Below, in pieces: positions 8,154 to 16,595 of a stretch of 39,643 bases of DNA. The DNA lies in assembly GCA_023133225.1 (NCBI GenBank), contig JAGLWV010000274.1:1-39643 (forward strand), in the 5' to 3' direction. The DNA comes from Candidatus Aminicenantes bacterium. Its GTDB lineage: Bacteria > Acidobacteriota > Aminicenantia > Aminicenantales > Aminicenantaceae. Made by a program: the position numbers and the translations under genes. Positions within the stretch are counted from its first letter, which is position 1, and each line of letters starts with the position of its first letter. The notes under the pieces were generated by a model. It worked only from the letters and a program-made list of their open reading frames with translations, was not told where the DNA came from and ran no database searches.

Positions 8154-9306
8154 CGACTAAACTTCCTTTCGCGATTTTATTTTCCCCCTCCGGCACACAG
8201 AGCAATCCATTGGCTCTGGTCAAGGCATGAAAATGTGCTGAACCGTGATAGGGCAGGATCTCGACAAGTGCTTTTTGGTGCCGGACCGGTATATAAGCGG
8301 AACGGGAAGACTGTTTTCTTCGGAAATCTGTCGCCATTTTCCCCTGGATGATCTCGGGATAATAATCATGTCCCATCATCCTGTATAGAAATGGTTTTAC
8401 AAACACCTCAAAGATGACAAAAGTGGAGACAGGATTACCGGGAACACCAAACACTACGGCATCTCCTCTGGTAGCGAACACCGTGGGCTTTCCCGGTTTT
8501 ATGGCGAGTTTCTCAAAATGAAGTTTGAAACCAATTTTTTTCAAAATACCAGGGACATAATCGAAATCTCCTGCAGAAACCCCACCCGAAAGAATCACCA
8601 GATCACAGGATGCCAACAGGCCATCTAAGGCGGACCGGATTCCGTCCTGGCTGTCTAAAACGATGCCTGCAGATTCAGCGATGCCCCCCATAGATTCGAC
8701 CTGGCTCCTCAGTGAATAGGAATTGCTGTCATAGATCCGCCCTGGTTCGAGGGGTTTCCCCGGAGCAACCAGCTCTGAACCTGTGACCAGAATGCCGACG
8801 ATAGGCCTTTTGTATACCAAAACACGCGATAAACCCATGGATGCGACCACCCCGATCTCAGAAGGACCTATCCAAGTGCCTTTTCTCAAGAGCACATCAC
8901 CTGTCCGCACGTCTTCGCCTCGAAAACAGATATTCATAGTGGGGTCTTCTCCCACGATTCGCATGTAACCCTCTTCCTCGATCGTCACTTCGCGTTTGAC
9001 GACCCGGTTTGCCCCCTCAGGCACCACTCCCCCGGTCATGATCTTTGCACACTGGCCTGCACCTATTTTTTGTAAAGGGATGACTCCTGCGGGAATGACT
9101 TCCAGGATGCGAAAGCGATCGCTCTTATCGTCGGCATTTAGTGCATATCCATCCATGGCGGATTTGTTAAAAGGGGGCATATCGATTTCAGAACGTATGT
9201 CCTGGCCGAGAATTCGGTTCAGGGTCCCATGGATGGATTCAGCCTCAAGAGCCGGTCTCACCGGAATAGAAGCTAATATCTTCTCTGCTTTTTTAATCGA
9301 GATCAT
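8134..9306 (-). CDS. moeA: Molybdopterin molybdo/tungstotransferase MoeA
   Basis: PPFNKSAMDGYA, IMTG, TGSEL, SGGVSAGDFD, KPGKP, PGNPVS. Confidence 0.96.
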   Translation of the reverse strand: MISIKKAEKILASIPVRPALEAESIHGTLNRILGQDIRSEIDMPPFNKSAMDGYALNADDKSDRFRILEVIPAGVIPLQKIGAGQCAKIMTGGVVPEGANRVVKREVTIEEEGYMRIVGEDPTMNICFRGEDVRTGDVLLRKGTWIGPSEIGVVASMGLSRVLVYKRPIVGILVTGSELVAPGKPLEPGRIYDSNSYSLRSQVESMGGIAESAGIVLDSQDGIRSALDGLLASCDLVILSGGVSAGDFDYVPGILKKIGFKLHFEKLAIKPGKPTVFATRGDAVVFGVPGNPVSTFVIFEVFVKPFLYRMMGHDYYPEIIQGKMATDFRRKQSSRSAYIPVRHQKALVEILPYHGSAHFHALTRANGLLCVPEGENKIAKGSLVDVRSIQ

Positions 9307-9317
9307 TTTTCCTCACC

Positions 9318-10328
9318 TTAATGTTCAAAGACTTTAAGCGCTGCGGTCTTAAACGTAGCCCAAAGACGCCGTCCGGGTTTAACAGCCAGTTCCTGACGGG
9401 ATTGAGAAGTGATATCTACATGGAGAAGTATACCGATATCAAACACCACTTCGATGTGGTTCTCCCGCTGGATCACCCTGAGGACCTCTCCCGGGAAAGA
9501 ATTGCGGGCGGATGACAGGATCTTTTCTTTCGATAGGATAATGCCATTTGCACGGATGGCGATATACGCCAGATCAGACCGCGGCACCATAGTCATGATT
9601 TCAACCCCATGAATGTTCATGCGGTAATCCTTGATCTTCCCGGATAATACATTTTTATAGCCTAAGAAATCGGCAGCGGTCTTTGTGACCGGATTGTTGA
9701 AGACTTTCTCGGGAGTATCGATCTGGACCATCTTTCCGTCAAAAAGAAGGGCGACCCTGTCACCCAGAACCAAAGCCTCCTCAAAATCATGGGTGACATG
9801 AATGACCGTGGGCCGAAGTTCCTTGTGCAGACGCATAAACAGCCTCTGTATCTTGATTCTTGTGCTGAGGTCCAAGGCGGCCGTCGGTTCGTCAAAAAGG
9901 TAGATCTCCGGTTCCAAGACCATGGTCCGGGCAATGGCGACCCTCTGTCTTTCCCCCCCAGAGAGACGATCGATCCTACGGTGAAGCAGGTGCGATATAT
10001 CCAACTCCTGGGCAGTGGAACGGACAATATTATTTATCTCATCTTTTCCGGTTTTTATTATACGCAACCCGTAGCCGATATTCCGGAATACGTTCATGTG
10101 GGGAAAGAGCATATAATCCTGGTAAATCAGGCCGATACGCGAATGATAGACACCACGGATCGACCCGGAATCAGGCTTGATCAATCCGGCAATCATTTCC
10201 AGAAGAAGAGTCTTGCCAGAGCCGCTCGGTCCCAGCACGACAAAATACTCGCCTTTATCGACTTCCAGGTTGATATGATCGATCTTAAAATCCTGGTATT
10301 CTTTACAGAGGTTTTCTATTTTGATCAT
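9318..10328 (-). CDS. wtpC: Tungstate/molybdate ABC transporter ATPase with TOBE domain
   Basis: GPSGSGKT, LSGGERQR, FDEP, C-terminal SSARN TOBE motif. Adjacent to wtpAB. Confidence 0.85.
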   Translation of the reverse strand: MIKIENLCKEYQDFKIDHINLEVDKGEYFVVLGPSGSGKTLLLEMIAGLIKPDSGSIRGVYHSRIGLIYQDYMLFPHMNVFRNIGYGLRIIKTGKDEINNIVRSTAQELDISHLLHRRIDRLSGGERQRVAIARTMVLEPEIYLFDEPTAALDLSTRIKIQRLFMRLHKELRPTVIHVTHDFEEALVLGDRVALLFDGKMVQIDTPEKVFNNPVTKTAADFLGYKNVLSGKIKDYRMNIHGVEIMTMVPRSDLAYIAIRANGIILSKEKILSSARNSFPGEVLRVIQRENHIEVVFDIGILLHVDITSQSRQELAVKPGRRLWATFKTAALKVFEH

Positions 10329-11077
10329 AGCCTGTCCTCCCGAAAACGAAGGACAATGAATATCACCAGGCTGATGATGATCAACAGGACGGTGACAGGG
10401 ACGGCATGCTTGAGCCCATAATTCTGAAAACGCTCAAAGATCAATACAGGGGCGGTCATGGGGTGATAAGCCAATATGACCACAGCTCCGAACTCCGAGA
10501 TACCCCGCGCCCACATCATGATCCCACCTGAAATGATGGCCTTCCTTGCCATAGGTAAGCTTACTGTCGTAAAGGCTTTCCACGTTGTCGCTCCGAGTGT
10601 GATGGCGGTTTTTTCATAACGAACGTCTATGAGCTTAAAAGCTTCCTTGGCGCTGTTGATGAGAAATGGCACCGAGACAAAAAACATCCCCAATGAAACA
10701 GATGCCTCGGTCCCTATGATGGACAGACCGGTCCATCTGGTGAAAAGCGACTCCCGGCCCCAGACCATAAGCAGGGCAATGCCGGCAGCTGTGTGTGGAA
10801 TGATGACCGGGATGTCGATCAGACCTTCGACAATCTTTTTTCCGAAGAAACGGGAACGTGCCAGCACAAAAGCCAGGGGAACACCCAGACCGAAGGCTAC
10901 GATCGTCGCCCAGAGCGAAGCCCTTAGAGTCAGGATGATGGATCCAATCACCTCTGGTTCAACTGCCGCCCGTACCAGCTCCCCGGGAGTAGTGGCGATA
11001 ATCATCCTGAACAAAGGCACAACGATAGACAGAACCAGAAGTGTTCCCAAAAAGGAAAAGATGAGTTTAACTTTCAC
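10325..11077 (-). CDS. wtpB: Tungstate/molybdate ABC transporter permease
   Basis: DIPVIIPHTAAGIALL, WARGISEFGAVVILAYHP. Start placed at GTG 11077, overlapping the wtpA stop. Confidence 0.88.
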   Translation of the reverse strand: MKVKLIFSFLGTLLVLSIVVPLFRMIIATTPGELVRAAVEPEVIGSIILTLRASLWATIVAFGLGVPLAFVLARSRFFGKKIVEGLIDIPVIIPHTAAGIALLMVWGRESLFTRWTGLSIIGTEASVSLGMFFVSVPFLINSAKEAFKLIDVRYEKTAITLGATTWKAFTTVSLPMARKAIISGGIMMWARGISEFGAVVILAYHPMTAPVLIFERFQNYGLKHAVPVTVLLIIISLVIFIVLRFREDRL

Positions 11078-12026
11078 TCTTCGTATCCCGTACAAACGGC
11101 CGCACGATAAGCGGCAGCGCCTCAAAATTATCCACACGGGCGGGCACAATCTCAGGCTGACCGCTTGTCTCCATGATCCGACGCCCTTCCGGCCCGAGCA
11201 CAAAAACGACGAACCGGGCCGCCCATTCCGGCGACGCTGCTGATTTCGGGATGGTGATACCGTACACTATAGGAGCTCCTTTTCGGATGATCCTTTCTTC
11301 AGGATGGGCTCCGCTTAACTCCACACCGACCTGGCTGTAATATTCAGACAGTTCAACAGATCTTAAATTCATTTCATCGGGGAGGATCAGGAAAGGTCCG
11401 CCATGTTGTTCCGCCACGCTGCGGTATATAAAGATGTAGTCCAGCTCTCCCGCCTCCAGAAGGGCCAGCAGATCGACTTCTTTGGGTCGTATGTTTTTCA
11501 GAGGTCGTGAAACGATCAAGGTCTTATAAAGCCCGGGGATGCTGTAATATTTTTCCGCGAGCTGCCAGCAGAGCAGAGTCCGGTAACCGCAGGGATCGGC
11601 ACTGGGATTGGAATGACCGTATTCCACTTGAGGATCAAGAAGAATATCGGGTCAGTTTTGGACTGAGATCGTATCGGCATACCGGCTTTTTGGAGTGTAC
11701 ATGATGACCATCTCGTTAGTGGCGAAATCGATACAAAAATCAGCATACCGGGGCATGAGCAGATGTCGTATCACTGCCGAATCCGCCGAGGCAAAAACAT
11801 CCGCAGGAGAATTCAACTCGGTGATTTTTCTGGCACAGGTCCGGCTTCCGGCGGATTCGAGACGGACAGAGACTTCCGGATATTTTTCCATAAAAGCGCC
11901 CGCCATGTGTTTGAATGGGACCGAGAGCGAACCGGCATGCAGTATGAGCAGCTCTTCCTTCCCGGACCTGCAGCTACAATTAAAAATAAGAAGTGCCAGC
12001 AGAAGCATTAACAGAAATCTGTTCAT
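11067..12026 (-). pseudogene. wtpA: Tungstate/molybdate-binding lipoprotein WtpA interrupted by an in-frame TGA at 11652-11654
   Basis: HAGSL, SAGSRTCARKI, ADVFASAD, NPSADPCGYR, GELDYIFIYRSVA, YGITIP. The track ORFs 11652..12035 and 11067..11627 are in one frame, separated only by that TGA. Confidence 0.85.
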
Positions 12027-12083
12027 ATACGTCACCTGCTCTCGAATGGAAAGGGGAATCTTGGACAGAATGTCCGCAGTGTC

Positions 12084-12178
12084 TTCTCCTTTCCAAACAC
12101 GGGAGGCAAAACCGTTTTCAGTCTTACCCTATCGGCTTAAAGACATAGACACAGCCTTAGTCCTTTAAGCTCGGAGAA
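12084..12178 (-). ncRNA. Moco RNA motif riboswitch, P3-less (tungsten-cofactor-associated) variant
   Basis: TTCTCC-GA-GCTTAAAG..CTAAG..CTATG..CTTTAAGC-CGAT-AGGGT-AAGACTGAAAACGGTTTT-GCCT-CCCGTGTTTGGAAA-GGAGAA, directly upstream of the wtpA/moa operon. Confidence 0.92.
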
Positions 12179-12421
12179 ATTAAAATCTTATCCTAAAAGA
12201 CAGGTCAGGTCAACTCTATCCCTAAAGGAAAGCCTGAAACCAAGCAAGTTTTCCTCGCTTGTGAAAACGCAAGAGAACTTCAAGACCTAGAGCAAAATTT
12301 ATATTCATTTGTGATACCAGAGTTGTATAAGAATGACAGATGAGTTGTCCTTTTTTGGATACATCTGTGCATAGCCGATGACAGATAATTGAGTGAGATG
12401 AATTGCTTTATCTGAAATGAT

Positions 12422-12438
12422 TTGGTATATAAATTGCA
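12422..12438 (+). promoter_or_regulatory. Candidate sigma54 (-24/-12) promoter
   Basis: TTGGTATATAAATTGCA with GG-N10-GC spacing, about 135 bp upstream of the 12574 gene. Confidence 0.5.
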
Positions 12439-12573
12439 TATAAGAAAGAATGGAGGAATACAAATAAAAGGGGAAAGTGCCAATTTTTTCTTGCTTGAAT
12501 ACGTCTATTCTCAGGCAGAAGAAAAAAAGCAAAAACACATTGTGGTCAGGGATTCATAGAGTGGGGTAAAACC

Positions 12574-13485
12574 ATGGAGAGGGGAAATAAAAAAACTATA
12601 TCATCCTTACCGATGTTTTTTCCTTTGTCATGTCTCATAATATTTTTGGCATTTGCCTTGATTTTCTTCTCTCCGTCGATTTTTGCTCAGAATGTGTCAG
12701 TGCAAACTGACCAGGCAAAGATGGCACAAATTTTGAAACAATCAAAAGAATATTGCCGGAGATTAGCCCATGCAGCCCTGGATTTTGTATGTATGGAGGA
12801 AGTTTCAGAGAAAAAGATTAACATCATTCAGGTTCTCGAAATGATCAGGTTTGGGATGGGAAGCCGGGTCGTGGAAAAGGAGTTTGTACGTAAACATAAA
12901 TATCTCTATGATTATCAGTTTATCCATAAAGACGATCGGAAAATCGAAAAAAGAATACTGCTGGAAGAGGATGGCATAAAGAAAAGAGAAGAAGTCACAC
13001 GGCTGAAGACCACAATGTTTCAATATAAAAATGTTATATTCGGCCCGATCAATCTTCTCGATGAAGACAGACAGCCGTTCTATAATTATAAAATGATTGG
13101 AGACGAGCTCATTGATGGAAAAAAAACTCTAGTCATTGAAGCTACTCCCATTCCAACATTTCGCGAGCAGATCCTTTGGGGAAAAATCTGGGTATGCGAA
13201 AGTGACTTCAGTATCCTTAAGATCGAATGGAATCAGGACAGAATGGCACATTCTGCGATCATCAAAGACATGGCCAGAAGATACAAGGCGGAACCCCGGA
13301 TCACACACTTAACAGAATTTGGCTTTGAGAAGAATGGGATAAGATTTCCCAGCCGTTATTTTATTGAGGAAGTCTATATCAAAAAAAAAGGGAAAAAAAT
13401 CGTTCATTCAGAAACACAAGTTATCTACAAAGATTATAAATTTTTTACCGTTGAAACTGATGTTAAATTTAAATTGAAAAAATGA
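12574..13485 (+). CDS. Exported hypothetical protein (beta-rich, distantly LolA/MucB-like by pattern)
   Basis: 303-aa ORF with a hydrophobic N-terminal signal/TM segment; DFVCMEEV, GKIWV...ILKIEW, RFPS, YKDYKFF. Confidence 0.75.
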   Translation: MERGNKKTISSLPMFFPLSCLIIFLAFALIFFSPSIFAQNVSVQTDQAKMAQILKQSKEYCRRLAHAALDFVCMEEVSEKKINIIQVLEMIRFGMGSRVVEKEFVRKHKYLYDYQFIHKDDRKIEKRILLEEDGIKKREEVTRLKTTMFQYKNVIFGPINLLDEDRQPFYNYKMIGDELIDGKKTLVIEATPIPTFREQILWGKIWVCESDFSILKIEWNQDRMAHSAIIKDMARRYKAEPRITHLTEFGFEKNGIRFPSRYFIEEVYIKKKGKKIVHSETQVIYKDYKFFTVETDVKFKLKK

Positions 13486-13571
13486 ATAAGCAGATAAAAC
13501 ATTCGATAATTTTAGAGACGGCCTGGAACAAACAAACCGAAAATATAACACTAAAGGAAGAGGAATAGTCT

Positions 13572-15653
13572 ATGCGTAAATATGCCGCTTTACTATGCTG
13601 TATGTTTTTTGGGGGAATGTTCCTGATAGCCCAGGAACTCAAGCATGAGGTCGCGGTCGTACTGAAGCTTATCCAGGTCTATGTTACCGATAGCGCCGGA
13701 AACCCGATCACAGACCTCAAACCGGATGAATTTATAGTCTATGACAATAGAAAGCTCCAGAATATAACGGAGTTCGAAAGACATCTTCTTTTTCCTCCTG
13801 AAGCTGAAGCCGTGTCTCCCCCCGAAAAAAAAGACCTTGCACGGGCAGGTGCACCGGATGATGTTATGAACCGGAAGTTCTTCCTCTTCTTCGATCTTGT
13901 CAATAATAACGCGAAAGGCTTTCAAAAAGCCCAGGAAGCGGCCCTGCACTTTCTCGATAACCAGGTGCAGCCTTCGGACGAAGTCGGTGTTCTTTCCTAC
14001 TCGGTTTTAAAGCAACTGACACTCCATGAATATTTAACGAAAGACCGCCGGGCGGTTCGCAGCGTCGTGAGACAGATTGGGGGAACGGGAAGAATTGGCC
14101 GGGCAGAAAATTTTGAAGCACTGCTTTACCAAGAGATGACGGGTGAGCAACCTTGGGATGCCAGCCAGCAGGGCCAATCCGTGAAGGATGGAGCCCCCGC
14201 TCGCTTGAGAAATTTGGGATTACTGCCGGATTCACTTTTGGCGGAGGGCGCTATGTCCGGCGCCCGTTTCAACAGAGAGCAGTATAAAAATCTAATCCAC
14301 AATATGTTTGAAAGACTGACCGGCCTTTCCAAGGCACTCCGCTACATTTCTGGGAACAAGCATATCATTTTATTTTCCTCCGGCGTTCCTTACTCGATGA
14401 TTCACGGGTTGGAAACGGGCAGTCCGACCACATTCACAAGTCTGGGAATGGATGCTATTCTAAGAAGTAAATACCAGGAAATGATCAAGGAGCTGAGCAA
14501 TTCGAACACGACCGTGTTTAGTCTGAACACCGAAAGTTTGGCCACAAACATGAATCTCCCCTCCCATCAGAAGGGAGAGGCCACACTCAGGAGTATTTCC
14601 AAATATACGGGAGGCAAATTCGTCGGTAACGTGCAAAATTATGATCAAGTCCTGGACACAATTCAAACATTTACAGGTTCCTATTATGTTCTCGGCTTCC
14701 AAATAGATGAATCCTGGGACGGCAGGTACCACTCTATAGAGGTCAAGGTCACACGCCCCAACTGTAAAGTTTTCGCCCAGAAAGGATATTTTAATCCCAA
14801 GCCATTCTCCAAGTACTCTGCGATGGAAAAGGAACTCCACCTTATTGACCTTGCGCTTTCGGATAGGTCTCTTCTCCAGAATCCGGTCGATATCCCGATG
14901 ACTGTCCTTCCCTGTTCTGTTGGAAATGAACAAGGCATCTGTTTGCTGGCACAGATCAATATGGGAAAGATAAAAGAATCCATCGGGGAAAAGGCGGAGA
15001 TCTACTTTATAGTGTTCGATGAAAAAGAGGACATTAAAGAAATGAAGCGGAAGGCGGTGAAGCTATCAGCCTTAAAGGGAAAGGAAGCCTATTATTATTC
15101 CATTATGCGCCTCTCTCCCGGGTCATACAAGTGCCGCATTGTCATGCGGGATATGGATAAAGGGAGCGGTGCGGTCGGGCGTTATTCGGTGGAAATTCCG
15201 GAGATCCCTGAGAAAGGCCTTATGCTTTTCCCCCCTCTTCTGCTGGCCCCTGGAAAGGCAGGCCTCTTTGTAAGAGGGTATGTCCCGGAGACAATGAGCA
15301 CTGATTTTCCTTTGCTGGATTGTTTCCCCTTTGACCCGGCCAAGTATTCTCCTATCCTGGGAGCAATTCCTGGAGATATGCCCAGCATCCTGGCCGTGCT
15401 CCATTGTTCCGTTAGAAACCTCACAAATCCGCGTGTGCGGTTTACAGCCCACATGGTTGAAAAATCCTCAGGAGAGTCGATCCCCCTGACGGTGTCTATT
15501 CTCTCCGGTAAAAAAGAAGGCGAAATGGGGACGATCCTTGCCAAATTGAAATTGCCGGACATTAAACCTGGTGAGTACGTCCTCGTAATATCTGCAAATG
15601 ACACCTCGAGTCAGGCCCGTTCTCAAACGTTTACCCCCTGCAAAATCCGCTGA
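13572..15653 (+). CDS. Exported VWA-domain protein (Acidobacterial VWFA-related type)
   Basis: Signal peptide, VTDSAGNPITDLKPDEFIVYD, KHIILFSSG, TGG, YYVLGF, DGRYHSIEVKV...AQKGY, followed by beta-sandwich domains. Confidence 0.88.
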   Translation: MRKYAALLCCMFFGGMFLIAQELKHEVAVVLKLIQVYVTDSAGNPITDLKPDEFIVYDNRKLQNITEFERHLLFPPEAEAVSPPEKKDLARAGAPDDVMNRKFFLFFDLVNNNAKGFQKAQEAALHFLDNQVQPSDEVGVLSYSVLKQLTLHEYLTKDRRAVRSVVRQIGGTGRIGRAENFEALLYQEMTGEQPWDASQQGQSVKDGAPARLRNLGLLPDSLLAEGAMSGARFNREQYKNLIHNMFERLTGLSKALRYISGNKHIILFSSGVPYSMIHGLETGSPTTFTSLGMDAILRSKYQEMIKELSNSNTTVFSLNTESLATNMNLPSHQKGEATLRSISKYTGGKFVGNVQNYDQVLDTIQTFTGSYYVLGFQIDESWDGRYHSIEVKVTRPNCKVFAQKGYFNPKPFSKYSAMEKELHLIDLALSDRSLLQNPVDIPMTVLPCSVGNEQGICLLAQINMGKIKESIGEKAEIYFIVFDEKEDIKEMKRKAVKLSALKGKEAYYYSIMRLSPGSYKCRIVMRDMDKGSGAVGRYSVEIPEIPEKGLMLFPPLLLAPGKAGLFVRGYVPETMSTDFPLLDCFPFDPAKYSPILGAIPGDMPSILAVLHCSVRNLTNPRVRFTAHMVEKSSGESIPLTVSILSGKKEGEMGTILAKLKLPDIKPGEYVLVISANDTSSQARSQTFTPCKIR

Positions 15654-15742
15654 ATCAACCGGAAAGAGTATGAAGGGTATTGTAAATAAAATATATTATC
15701 AATAAAATCTTAGGGGCAATGTCTGAATTGGGAGAAAAGAAA

Positions 15743-16564
15743 ATGAAGCTAAAAATATTTATTTGTATACTTTACTTTCTTATAATCGCTCAATGTTATG
15801 CGGCTATCGGCCAATTCACTCCTGCTGAAATTGCACAAAGGGAAGAGCTGGAGGAATTCCTCAAAACTGCAGAAATCATACAATCTGAAGATATTGGAGA
15901 GGGAGTGACAAAGCCAATTAAGCTCACATTAAAGAAGGGAGATGTGGAAAAATATGGAGTGTGGAAAAATCCCAGGGGTATAACGAACGGCCAGCTCGAG
16001 GGCTGGCAGTATGAAATTGCTGCTTATGAGATGGATAAGCTTTTGGGATTAAACATGGTCCCACCCACAGTCGAGAGAAAGCTCCACGGATTGAGAGGGT
16101 CCCTTCAGCTCTGGGTCGTGTCTCAATTCAGTGATCTTGATATAAGAGAAAAAGGAATGAGTATTCCTGAATCTGAGCTCTTACAGTGGTCAAAAATGAA
16201 ATATTTAGGAAGAGCATTTGACTGTTTAATTGCCAACGACGACCGAACCCAGCAGAATGTACGCTACACTAAGGATTGGCGTACGATTCTCATCGACCAT
16301 TCCCGCTCTTTCCGCTCCTCCAGGAAATTCACGAAGAGGCTCGTTTTTGGAAAAAAAGGTATTAAGGGCGTCATGCTTATCAGATACCTGCCCAGGGCTT
16401 TTGTAGAAAAGGTTAAGGGCTTGAACATTGATAATTTAGAGAACGTTCTGAAGCCGTATTTGAAGAACAAAGAAATCGAAGCTATTCTTAAACGGAAAGA
16501 GCTCCTCCTCCATGAAATCGAGGAAATGATAAAAGAAAAAGGCGAAAAAAAGGTTTTGTATTGA
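15743..16564 (+). CDS. Exported atypical kinase-fold protein (PI3/4-kinase/HipA-like motifs)
   Basis: Signal peptide from ATG 15743; GEGVT, GVWK, EIAAYEMDKLLGLNMVPPTVER, GSLQLW, NDDRTQQN, LIDHSRSF. Confidence 0.7.
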   Translation: MKLKIFICILYFLIIAQCYAAIGQFTPAEIAQREELEEFLKTAEIIQSEDIGEGVTKPIKLTLKKGDVEKYGVWKNPRGITNGQLEGWQYEIAAYEMDKLLGLNMVPPTVERKLHGLRGSLQLWVVSQFSDLDIREKGMSIPESELLQWSKMKYLGRAFDCLIANDDRTQQNVRYTKDWRTILIDHSRSFRSSRKFTKRLVFGKKGIKGVMLIRYLPRAFVEKVKGLNIDNLENVLKPYLKNKEIEAILKRKELLLHEIEEMIKEKGEKKVLY

Positions 16565-16595
16565 AACTTTTTCCTATCAAAATATTCTCCAATCA

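Noticed and set aside
11652-11654. Genome-wide UGA=Trp (code 4) or Sec at the wtpA stop
   Set aside because: TGA ends mogA, moaC and brnT at their expected C termini, TGG is used widely, the aligned residue is Trp rather than Cys, and the downstream hairpin lacks a SECIS-like G-containing loop.
12280-12538. Small minus-strand ORFs in the wtpA upstream region
   Set aside because: AT-rich divergent promoter DNA with no RBS or protein motifs.
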